A stretch of DNA of 64,000 nt from the human T2T-CHM13v2.0 reference genome, Homo sapiens. Below, one piece after another: positions 1 to 12,800 of this stretch (position 1 is its first letter; each line of letters starts with the position of its first letter). The notes under the pieces were generated by a model, which worked only from the letters and a program-made list of their open reading frames with translations, made no database searches and was not told the DNA's origin. The position numbers and the translations under genes are program-made. The DNA lies in NCBI RefSeq assembly GCF_009914755.1, contig NC_060939.1; one strand, written 5' to 3'.

Positions 1-241
1 TTGGATTGCATTCCATTCGATTCCATTCCATTCGAATCAATTACATAGCAATCCATTACATTCGAGTCTATTCTATTCCGTTCCATTCGATTTCGTTCCA
101 ATCCATTCGATTCCATTCCATTCGATTCCATTCCATACTATTGCATTCCATTCTATTACATTATATTCGAATAAGTTCCATTCAAGACCATTTCTTTTGA
201 GTCCATTCTATTTGAGTCCATTCCCTTTGATTCCATAACAT

Positions 242-2039
242 TTGAGTCCATTCAATTCCATTCCTTTCGTTCCCATTCCATTTGATGCCATTCCATTCAA
301 TTCTGTTCTACTCGACTCCAATACATTCAATTCCATTCCATCCGATTCCATTACATTCTTTTCATTTCTTATCCATTTCAAGCCATTCCACTCCATTCCA
401 TTCCACTCGTTTCCTTTCCATTCGAGTCCATTCCTCTCCAGTCCATTCCGTTCAATCCATTCCATTCCAGTCCATTCCATTCGAGTCCGTTCCATTCCAG
501 TCCACTCCATTCGAGTCAATTCCAAACCATTCGGTGTCTTTCCATAACGATCCATTCCATTCTATTCCTTTCGATTCCATTCCATTCTATTTCATTCCAT
601 TCGATTCCCTTCCATTGGACTCCTTTCCATTCGAGTGCATTCCATTCCGTTCCATTTCTTTCCGTTCTGTACGATTCCTACCGTTCGATTTCATTTTGTT
701 CCTGTCCATTCCTTTCGCGTCCATTCCATTCCATTTCACTCCATTCGATTCCATTCCACTCGATTCCACTTCGTTCCATTTCATTGCATTCCATTCTATT
801 CAACTCTATTGCCTTCCATTCCATTCCATTCGATTACATTCCATGCGATTCCATTCGAAATCGAATCAATTACATTGCAATCCATTACTATTGAGTCCGT
901 TTTATTCCAGTCCACTGCATTCTGGTCCATTCCATTTGATTCCATTCCATTCTATTCCATTCCATACAGTTGCATTCCATTGGATTCCATGCTATATCTA
1001 TAAATTCAATTCGAGACCATTGCTTTTGAGTCCATTCTATATGATTCCATTCCATTCAAGTCCATTACATTTGGTTCAATTCCATTCCATTCCATTCCCT
1101 TCCGTTCCATTCCAGTTGATATCAATCCATTCGATTCCATTCCATTCGAGCACATTCCATTCGAGTCCATTCCATTCGATGCCATTCCATTTGATTCTAT
1201 TCCATTAGTCTCCATTCAATTCCATTAATCTCCATTCCATTCCATTCTACTCCAACTGATTCCATTCCATTCTATTCCTTTCCATTCCATTTCATTCCAT
1301 TCCATTCCATTTCATTCCATTCCATTCCATTCGTGTCCATTCCACTCCAGTCCATTCCATTCGTGTCCATTCCATTCCAGTCCATTCCATTTGTGTCCAC
1401 TGCATTCCATTCCACTCCATTCCATATTATTCCATTATACTCCATTCCATTCTATTACTTTCATTTCCATTCAATTCCATTCCATTTGATTCCATTCCAC
1501 TCGGTTTCATTCCATTTGAGTCCACTCCATTCCATTCCATTCCATTCCATTCCATTCAGTTCCATTCCATTCTGTTCCATTCCATTCCGTTCCATTACAT
1601 TCCATTCCATTCGGTACCATTCCATATTGTTCCATTCGATTCCATTCGAATCCATTCCATTCCAGTCCATTCCATTCGATTCCATTCCATTCATTTCAAT
1701 TCCACTCCATTCCATTCCATTACATTCCACTTGATTCCTCTCCATTCCCTTCCACTGCATTCCGTTCGATTCCATTCCATTGCATTGCATTCCATTCCAT
1801 TGGATTGCATTCCATTCGATTCCATTCCATTCGAATCAATTACATAGCAATCCATTACATTCGAGTCTATTCTATTCAGTTCCATTCGATTTCGTTCCAA
1901 TCCATTCGATTCCATTCCATTCGATTCTATTCCATACTATTGCATTCCATTCTATTACATTATATTCGAATAAGTTCCATTCAAGACCATTTTTTTGAGT
2001 CCATTCTATTTGAGTCCATTCCCTTTGATTCCATAACAT
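242..2039 (+). repeat. Representative B-type monomer (U1, 1798 bp)
   Basis: Lacks the 15-bp CGCTTCCATTCCATT insert. Tail carries TTCATTTCAAT, TACATTCCACTTGATTCCTCTCC, CCGTTCG and GGATTG. Confidence 0.9.
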
Positions 2040-3843
2040 TTGAGTCCATTCAATTCCATTCCTTTCGTTCCCATTCCATTTGATGCCATTGCATTCAATT
2101 CTGTTCTACTCGACTCCAATACATTCAATTCCATTCCATCCGATTCCATTACATTCTTTTCATTTCTTATCCATTTCAAGCCATTCCACTCCATTCCATT
2201 CCACTCGTTTCCTTTCCATTCGAGTCCATTCCTCTCCAGTCCATTCCGTTCAATCCATTCCATTCCAGTCCATTCCATTCGAGTCCGTTCCATTCCAGTC
2301 CACTCCATTGGAGTCAATTAAATCCCATTCGATGTCTTTCCATAACGATCCATTCCATTCTATTCCTTTCGATTCCATTCCATTCTATTTCATTCCATTC
2401 GATTCCCTTCCATTGGACTCCTTTCCATTCGAGTGCATTCCATTCCGTTCCATTTCTTTCCGTTCTGTACGATTCCTACCGTTCGATTTCATTTTGTTCC
2501 AGTCCATTCCTTTCGCGTCCATTCCATTCCATTTCACTCCATTCGATTCCATTCCACTCGATTCCACTTCGTTCCATTTCATTGCATTCCATTCTATTCA
2601 ACTCTATTGCCTTCCATTCCATTCCATTCGATTACATTCCATGCGATTCCATTCGAAATCGAATCAATTACATTGCAATCCATTACTATTGAGTCCATTT
2701 TATTCCAGTCCACTGCATTCTGGTCCATTCCATTTGATTCCATTCCATTCTATTCCATTCCATACAGTTGCATTCCATTGGATTCCATTCTATATCTATA
2801 AATTCAATTCGAGACCATTGCTTTTGAATCCATTCTATATGATTCCATTCCATTCAAGTCCATTACATTTGGTTCAATTCCATTCCATTCCATTCCCTTC
2901 CATTCCATTCCAGTTGATATCAATCCATTCGATTCCATTCCATTCGAGCACATTCCATTTGAGTCCATTCCATTCGATGCCATTCCATTTGATTCTATTC
3001 CATTAGTCTCCATTCAATTCCATTAATCTCCATTCCATTCCATTCTACTCCAACTGATTCCATTCCATTCTATTCCTTTCCATTCCATTTCATTCCATTC
3101 CATTCCATTTCATTCCATTCCATTCCATTCGCTTCCATTCCATTCGTGTCCATTCCACTCCAGTCCATTCCATTCGTGTCCATTCCATTCCAGTCCATTC
3201 CATTTGTGTCCACTGCATTCCATTCCACTCCATTCCATATTATTCCATTACACTCCATTCCATTCTATTACTTTCATTTCCATTCAATTCCATTCCATTT
3301 GATTCCATTCCACTCGGTTTCATTCCATTTGAGTCCACTCCATTCCATTCCATTCCATTCCATTCAGTTCCATTCCATTCTGTTCCATTCCATTCCGTTC
3401 CATTGCATTCCATTCCATTCGGTACCATTCCATATTGTTCCATTCGATTCCATTCGAATCCATTCCATTCCAGTCCATTCCATTCGATTCCATTCCATTC
3501 CTTTCAATTCCATTCCATTCCATTCCATTCCACTTGATTCCACTCCATTCCCTTCCACTGCATTCCATTCGATTCCATTCCATTGCATTGCATTCCATTC
3601 CATTGGACTGCATTCCATTCGATTCCATTCCATTGGAATCAATTACATAGCAATCCATTACATTCGAGTCTATTCTATTCCGTTCCATTCGATTTCGTTC
3701 CAATCCATTCGATTCCATTCCATTCGATTCCATTCCATACTATTGCATTCCATTCGATTACATTATATTCGAATAAGTTCCATTCAAGACCATTTCTTTT
3801 GAGTCCATTCTATTTGAGTCCATTCCCTTTGATTCCATAACAT
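2040..3843 (+). repeat. Representative A-type monomer (U2, 1804 bp)
   Basis: Has the 15-bp CGCTTCC insert at ~3130. Tail carries TTCCTTTCAAT, CACTTGATTCCACTCC and GGACTG. Confidence 0.9.
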
Positions 3844-6800
3844 TTGAGTCCATTCAATTCCATTCCTTTCGTTTCCATTCCATTTGATGCCATTCCATTC
3901 AATTCTGTTCTACTCGACTCCAATACATTCAATTCCATTCCATCCGATTCCATTACATTCTTTTCATTTCTTATCCATTTCAAGCCATTCCACTCCATTC
4001 CATTCCACTCGTTTCCTTTCCATTCGAGTCCATTCCTCTCCAGTCCATTCCGTTCAATCCATTCCATTCCAGTCCATTCCATTCGAGTCCGTTCCATTCC
4101 AGTCCACTCCATTCGAGTCAATTCCATTCCATTCGATGTCTTTCCATAACGATCCATTCCATTCTATTCCTTTCGATTCCATTCCATTCTATTTCATTCC
4201 GTTCGATTCCCTTCCATTGGACTCCTTTCCATTCGAGTGCATTCCATTCCGTTCCATTTCTTTCCGTTCTGTACGATTCCTACCGTTCGATTTCATTTTG
4301 TTCCAGTCCATTCCTTTCGCGTCCATTCCATTCCATTTCACTCCATTCGATTCCATTCCACTCGATTCCACTTCGTTCCATTTCATTGCATTCCATTCTA
4401 TTCAACTCTATTGCCTTCCATTCCATTCCATTCGATTACATTCCATGCGATTCCATTCGAAATCGAATCAATTACATTGCAATCCATTACTATTGAGTCC
4501 GTTTTATTCCAGTCCACTGCATTCTGGTCCATTCCATTTGATTCCATTCCATTCTATTCCATTCCATACAGTTGCATTCCATTGGATTCCATGCTATATC
4601 TATAAATTCAATTCGAGACCATTGCTTTTGAGTCCATTCTATATGATTCCATTCCATTCAAGTCCATTACATTTGGTTCAATTCCATTCCATTCCATTCC
4701 CTTCCATTCCATTCCAGTTGATATCAATCCATTCGATTCCACTCCATTCGAGCACATTCCATTCGAGTCCATTCCATTCGATGCCATTCCATTTGATTCT
4801 ATTCCATTAGTCTCCATTCAATTCCATTAATCTCCATTAAATTCCATTCTACTCCAACTGATTCCATTCCATTCTATTCCTTTCCATTCCATTTCATTCC
4901 ATTCCATTCCATTTCATTCCATTCCATTCCATTCGTGTCCATTCCACTCCAGTCCATTCCATTCGTGTCCATTCCATTCCAGTCCATTCCATTTGTGTCC
5001 ACTGCATTCCATTCCACTCCATTCCATATTATTCCATTACACTCCATTCCATTCTATTACTTTCATTTCCATTCAATTCCATTCCATTTGATTCCATTCC
5101 ACTCGGTTTCATTCCATTTGAGTCCACTCCATTCCATTCCATTCAGTTCCATTCCATTCCATTCCGTTCCATTGCATTCCATTCCATTCGGTACCATTCC
5201 ATATTGTTCCGTTCGATTCCATTCGAATCCATTCCATTCCAGTCCATTCCATTCGATTCCATTCCATTCATTTCAATTCCATTCCATTCCATTCCATTGC
5301 ATTCCACTTGATTCCTCTCCATTCCCTTCCACTGCATTCCGTTCGATTCCATTCCATTGCATTGCATTCCATTCCATTGGATTGCATTCCATTCGATTCC
5401 ATTCCATTCGAATCAATTACATAGCAATCCATTACATTCGAGTCTATTCTATTCAGTTCCATTCGATTTCGTTCCAATCCATTCGATTCCATTCCATTCG
5501 ATTCTATTCCATACTATTGCATTCCATTCTATTACATTATATTCGAATAAGTTCCATTCAAGACCATTTCTTTTGAGTCCATTCTATTTGAGTCCATTCC
5601 CTTTGATTCCATAACATTTGAGTCCATTCAATTCCATTCCTTTCGTTCCCATTCCATTTGATGCCATTCCATTCAATTCTGTTCTACTCGACTCCAATAC
5701 ATTCAATTCCATTCCATCCGATTCCATTACATTCTTTTCATTTCTTATCCATTTCAAGCCATTCCACTCCATTCCATTCCACTCGTTTCCTTTCCATTCG
5801 AGTCCATTCCTCTCCAGTCCATTCCGTTCAATCCATTCCATTCCAGTCCATTCCATTCGAGTCCGTTCCATTCCAGTCCATTCCATTCGAGTCAATTCCA
5901 TCCCATTCGATGTCTTTCCATAACGATCCATTCCATTCTATTCCTTTCGATTCCATTCCATTCTATTTCATTCCATTCGATTCCCTTCCATTGGACTCCT
6001 TTCCATTCGAGTGCATTCCATTCCGTTCCATTTCTTTCCGTTCTGTACGATTCCTACCGTTCGATTTCATTTTGTTCCAGTCCATTCCTTTTGCGTCCAT
6101 TCCATTCCATTTCACTCCATTCGATTCCATTCCACTCGATTCCACTTCGTTCCATTTCATTGCATTCCATTCCATTCAACTCTATTGCCTTCCATTCCAT
6201 TCCATTCGATTACATTCCATGCGATTCCATTCGAAATCGAATCAATTACATTGCAATCCATTACTATTGAGTCCGTTTTATTCCAGTCCACTGCATTCTG
6301 GTCCATTCCATTTGATTCCATTCCATTCTATTCCATTCCATACAGTTGCATTCCATTGGATTCCATTCTATATCTATAAATTCAATTCGAGACCATTGCT
6401 TTTGAATCCATTCCATATGATTCCATTCCATTCAAGTCCATTACATTTGGTTCAATTCCATTCCATTCCATTCCCTTCCATTCCATTCCAGTTGATATCA
6501 ATCCATTCGATTCCATTCCATTCGAGCACATTCCATTTGAGTCCATTCCATTCGATGCCATTCCATTTGATTCTATTCCATTAGTCTCCATTCAATTCCA
6601 TTAATCTCCATTCCATTCCATTCTACTCCAACTGATTCCATTCCATTCTATTCCTTTCCATTCCATTTCATTCCATTCCATTCCATTTCATTCCATTCCA
6701 TTCCATTCGCTTCCATTCCATTCGTGTCCATTCCACTCCAGTCCATTCCATTCGTGTCCATTCCATTCCAGTCCATTCCATTTGTGTCCACTGCATTCCA

Positions 6801-9800
6801 TTCCACTCCATTCCATATTATTCCATTACACTCCATTCCATTCTATTACTTTCATTTCCATTCAATTCCATTCCATTTGATTCCATTCCACTCGGTTTCA
6901 TTCCATTTGAGTCCACTCCATTCCATTCCATTCCATTCCATTCAGTTCCATTCCATTCCATTCCATTCCATTCCGTTCCATTGCATTCCATTGCATTCGG
7001 TACCATTCCATATTGTTCCATTCGATTCCATTCGAATCCATTCCATTCCAGTCCATTCCATTCGATTCCATTCCATTCCTTTCAATTCCATTCCATTCCA
7101 TTCCATTCCACTTGATTCCACTCCATTCCCTTCCACTGCATTCCATTCGATTCCATTCCATTGCATTGCATTCCATTCCATTGGACTGCATTCCATTCGA
7201 TTCCATTCCATTCGAATCAATTACATAGCAATCCATTACATTCGAGTCTATTCTATTCCGTTCCATTCGATTTCGTTCCAATCCATTCGATTCCATTCCA
7301 TTCGATTCCATTCCATACTATTGCATTCCATTCTATCACATTATATTCGAATAAGTTCCATTCAAGACCATTTCTTTTGAGTCCATTCTATTTGAGTCCA
7401 TTCCCTTTGATTCCATAACATTTGAGTCCATTCAATTCCATTCCTTTCGTTTGCATTCCATTTGATGCCATTCCATTCAATTCTGTTCTACTCGACTCCA
7501 ATACATTCAATTCCATTCCATCCGATTCCATTACATTCTTTTCATTTCTTATCCATTTCAAGCCATTCCACTCCATTCCATTCCACTCGTTTCCTTTCCA
7601 TTCGAGTCCATTCCTCTCCAGTCCATTCCGTTCAATCCATTCCATTCCAGTCCATTCCATTCGAGTCCGTTCCATTCCAGTCCATTCCATTCGAGTCAAT
7701 TCCATTCCATTCGATGTCTTTCCATAACGATCCATTCCATTCTATTCCTTTCGATTCCATTCCATTCTATTTCATTCCATTCGATTCCCTTCCATTGGAC
7801 TCCTTTCCATTCGAGTGCATTCCATTCCGTTCCATTTCTTTCCGTTCTGTACGATTCCTACCGTTCGATTTCATTTTGTTCCAGTCCATTCCTTTCGCGT
7901 CCATTCCATTCCATTTCACTCCATTCGATTCCATTCCACTCGATTCCACTTCGTTCCATTTCATTGCATTCCATTCTATTCAACTCTATTGCCTTCCATT
8001 CCATTCCATTCGATTACATTCCATGCGATTCCATTCGAAATCGAATCAATTACATTGCAATCCATTACTATTGAGTCCGTTTTATTCCAGTCCACTGCAT
8101 TCTGGTCCATTCCATTTGATTCCATTCCATTTTATTCCCTTCCATACAGTTGCATTCCATTGGATTCCATGCTATATCTATAAATTCAATTCGAGACCAT
8201 TGCTTTTGAGTCCATTCTATATGATTCCATTCCATTCAAGTCCATTACATTTGGTTCAATTCCATTCCATTCCATTCCCTTCCATTCCATTCCAGTTGAT
8301 ATCAATCCATTCGATTCCATTCCATTAGAGCACATTCCATTCGAGTCCATTCCATTCGATGCCATTCCATTTGATTCTATTCCATTAGTCTCCATTCAAT
8401 TCCATTAATCTCCATTCCATTCCATTCTACTCCAACTGATTCCATTCCATTCTATTCCTTTCCATTCCATTTCATTCCATTCCACTCCATTTCATTCCAT
8501 TCCATTCCATTCGTGTCCATTCCACTCCAGTCCATTCCATTCGTTTCCATTCCATTCCAGTCCATTCCATTTGTGTCCACTGCATTCCATTCCACTCCAT
8601 TCCATATTATTCCATTACACTCCATTCCATTCTATTACTTTCATTTCCATTCAATTCCATTCCATTTGATTCCATTCCACTCGGGTTCATTCCATTTGAG
8701 TCCACTCCATTCCATTCCATTCCATTCCATTCAGTTCCATTCCATTCTGTTCCATTCCATTCCGTTCCATTACATTCCATTCCATTCGTTACCATTCCAT
8801 ATTGTTCCATTCTATTCCATTCGAATCCATTCCATTCCAGTCCATTCCATTCGATTCCATTCCATTCATTTCAATTCCATTCCATTCCATTCCATTACAT
8901 TCCACTTGATTCCTCTCCATTCCCTTCCACTGCATTCCATTCGATTCCATTCCATTGCATTGCATTCCATTCCATTGGATTGCATTCCATTCGATTCCAT
9001 TCCATGCGAATCAATTACATAGCAATCCATTACATTCGAGTCTATTCTATTCCGTTCCATTCGATTTCGTTCCAATCCATTCGATTCCATTCCATTCGAT
9101 TCCATTCCATACTATTGCATTCCATTCGATTACATTATATTCAAATAAGTTCCATTCAAGACCATTTCTTTTGAGTCCATTCTATTTGAGTCCATTCCCT
9201 TTGATTCCATAACATTTGAGTCCATTCAATTCCATTCCTTTCGTTTCCATTCCATTTGATGCCATTCCATTCAATTCTGTTCTACTCGACTCCAATACAT
9301 TCAATTCCATTCCATCCGATTCCATTACATTCTTTTCATTTCTTATCCATTTCAAGCCATTCCACTCCACTCCATTCCACTCGTTTCCTTTCCATTCGAG
9401 TCCATTCCTCTCCAGTCCATTCCGTTCAATCCATTCCATTCCAGTCCATTCCATTCGAGTCCGTTCCATTCCAGTCCAATCCATTCGAGTCAATTCCATC
9501 CCATTCGATGTCTTTCCATAACGATCCATTCCATTCTATTCCTTTCGATTCCATTCCATTCTATTTCATTCCATTCGATTCCCTTCCATTGGACTCCTTT
9601 CCATTCGAGTGCATTCCATTCCGTTCCATTTCTTTCCGTTCTGTACGATTCCTACCGTTCGATTTCATTTTGTTCCAGTCCATTCCTTTCGCGTCCATTC
9701 CATTCCATTTCACTCCATTCGATTCCATTCCACTCGATTCCACTTCGTTCCATTTCATTGCATTCCATTCTATTTAACTCTATTGCCTTCCATTCCATTC

Positions 9801-12800
9801 CATTCGATTACATTCCATGCGATTCCATTCGAAATCGAATCAATTACATTGCAATCCATTACTATTGCGTCCATTTTATTCCAGTCCACTGCATTCTGGT
9901 CCATTCCATTTGATTCCATTCCATTCTATTCCATTCCATACAGTTGCATTCCATTGGATTCCATTCTATATCTATAAATTCAATTCGAAACCATTGCTTT
10001 TGAGTCCATTCTATATGATTCCATTCCATTCAAGTCCATTACATTTGGTTCAATTCCATTCCATTCCATTCCCTTCCATTCCATTCCAGTTGATATCAAT
10101 CCATTCGATTCCATTCCATTCGAGCACATTCCATTCGAGTCCATTCCATTCGATGCCATTCCATTTGATTCTATTCCTTTAGTCTCCATTCAATTCCATT
10201 AATCTCCATTCCATTCCATTCTACTCCAACTGATTCCATTCCATTCTATTCCTTTCCATTCCATTTCATTCCATTCCATTCCATTTCATTCCATTCCATT
10301 CCATTCGCTTCCATTCCATTCGTGTCCATTCCACTCCAGTCCATTCCATTCGTGTCCATTCCATTCCAGTCCATTCCATTTGTGTCCACTGCATTCCATT
10401 CCACTCCATTCCATATTATTCCGTTACACTGCATTCCATTCTATTACTTTCATTTCCATTCAATTCCATTCCATTTGATTCCATTCCACTCGGTTTCATT
10501 CCATTTGAGTCCACTCCATTCCATTCCATTCCATTCCATTCCATTCAGTTCCATTCCATTCTGTTCCATTCCATTCCGTTCCATTACATTCCATTCCATT
10601 CGGTACCATTCCATATTTTTCCATTCGATTCCATTCGAATCCATTCCATTCCAGTCCATTCCATTCGATTCCATTCCATTCCTTTCAATTCCATTCCATT
10701 CCATTCCATTCCACTTGATTCCACTCCATTCCCTTCCACTGCATTCCATTCGATTCCATTCCATTGCATTGCATTCCATTCCAGTGGACTGCATTCCATT
10801 CGATTCCATTCCATTCGAATCAATTACATAGCAATCCATTACATTCGAGTCTATTCTATTCCGTTCCATTCGATTTCCTTCCAATCCATTGGATTCCATT
10901 CCATTCGATTCCATTCCATACTATTGCATTCCATTCTATTACATTATATTCGAATAAGTTCCATTCAAGACCATTTCTTTTGAGTCCATTCTATTTGAGT
11001 CCATTCCCTTTGATTCCATAACATTTGAGTCCATTCAATTCCATTCCTTTCGTTTGCATTCCATTTGATGCCATTCCATTCAATTCTGTTCTACTCGACT
11101 CCAATACATTCAATTCCATTCCATCCGATTCCATTACATTCTTTTCATTTCTTATCCATTTCAAGCCATTGCACTCCATTCCATTCCACCCGTTTCCTTT
11201 CCATTCGTGTCCATTCCTCTCCAGTCCATTCCGTTCAATCCATTCCATTCCAGTCCATTCCATTCGAGTCCGTTCCATTCCAGTCCATTCCATTCGAGTC
11301 AATTCCATTCCATTCGATGTCTTTCCATAACGATCCATTCCATTCTATTCCTTTCGATTCCATTCCATTCTATTTCATTCCATTCGATTCCCTTCCATTG
11401 GACTCCTTTCCATTCGAGTGCATTCCATTCCGTTCCATTTCTTTCCGTTCTGTACGATTCCTACCGTTGGATTTCATTTTGTTCCAGTCCATTCCTTTCG
11501 CGTCCATTCCATTCCATTTCACTCCATTCGATTCCATTCCACTCGATTCCACTTCGTTCCATTTCATTGCATTCCATTCTATTCAACTCTATTGCCTTCC
11601 ATTCCATTCCATTCGATTACATTCCATGCGATTCCATTCGAAATCGAATCAATTACATTGCAATCCATTACTATTGAGTCCATTTTATTCCAGTCCACTG
11701 CATTCTGGTCCATTCCATTTGATTCCATTCCATTCTATTCCATTCCATACAGTTGCATTCCATTGGATTCCATGCTATATCTATAAATTCAATTCGAGAC
11801 CATTGCTTTTGAGTCCATTCTATATGATTCCATTCCATTCAAATCCATTACATTTGGTTCAATTCCATTCCATTCCATTCCCTTCCATTCCATTCCATTT
11901 GATATCAATCCATTCGATTCCATTCCATTCGAGCACATTCCATTCGAGTCCATTCCATTCGATGCCATTCCATTTGATTCTATTCCATTAGTCTCCATTC
12001 AATTCCATTAATCTCCATTCCATTCCATTCTACTCCAACTGATGCCAATCCATTCTATTCCTTTCCATTCCATTTCATTCCATTCCATTCCATTTCATTC
12101 CATTCCATTCCATTCGTGTCCATTCCACTCCAGTCCATTCCATTCGTGTCCATTCCATTCCAGTCCATTCCATTTGTGTCCACTGCCTTCCATTCCACTC
12201 CATTCCATATTATTCCATTACACTCCATTCCATTCTATTACTTTCATTTCCATTCAATTCCATTCCATTTGATTCCATTCCACTCGGTTTCATTCCATTT
12301 GAGTCCACTCCATTCCATTCCATTCCATTCCATTCAGTTAAATTCCATTCTGTTCCATTCCATTCCGTTCCATTACATTCCATTCCATTCGGTACCATTC
12401 CATATTGTTCCATTCGATTCCATTCGAATCCATTCCATTCCAGTCCATTCCATTCGATTCCATTCCATTCATTTCAATTCCATTCCATTCCATTCCATTA
12501 CATTCCACTTGATTCCTCTCCATTCCCTTCCACTGCATTCCGTTCGATTCCATTCCATTGCATTGCATTCAATTCCATTGGATTGCATTCCATTCGATTC
12601 CATTCCATTCGAATCAATTACATAGCAATCCATTACATTCGAGTCTATTCTATTCCGTTCCATTCGATTTCGTTCCAATCCATTCGATTCCATTCCATTC
12701 GATTCCATTCCATACTATTGCATTCCATTCGATTTCATTATATTCGAATAAGTTCCATTCAAGACCATTTCTTTTGAGTCCATTCTATTTGAGTCCATTC

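Noticed and set aside
165-180. Possible HSF1 heat-shock element (TTCGAATAAGTTCC) or DUX4 site
   Set aside because: The spacing does not match alternating nGAAn units (GAAnnTTC), and I saw no TAAYYYAATCA match by eye.
208-555. Minus-strand MEWNG-repeat ORFs
   Set aside because: Direct translation of (GAATG)n, which supplies an ATG every 5 bp. No domain-like sequence.
993-1006. TATA-like TATATCTATAAA once per unit (TATATATATAAA at ~26103 and ~31460)
   Set aside because: A short AT-rich degenerate patch with no other promoter evidence; it cannot be called from sequence alone.
282-1208. Recurrent 308-aa + strand ORF (and the 101, 122 and 218 aa ORFs) present in most units
   Set aside because: (CATTC)n has no stop codon in any frame and translates as HSIPF repeats. 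ORFs overlap in all frames and are disrupted at random (stops at ~8326 and ~9775, frameshifts in deletion units). Their recurrence reflects DNA homogenisation, not coding selection.
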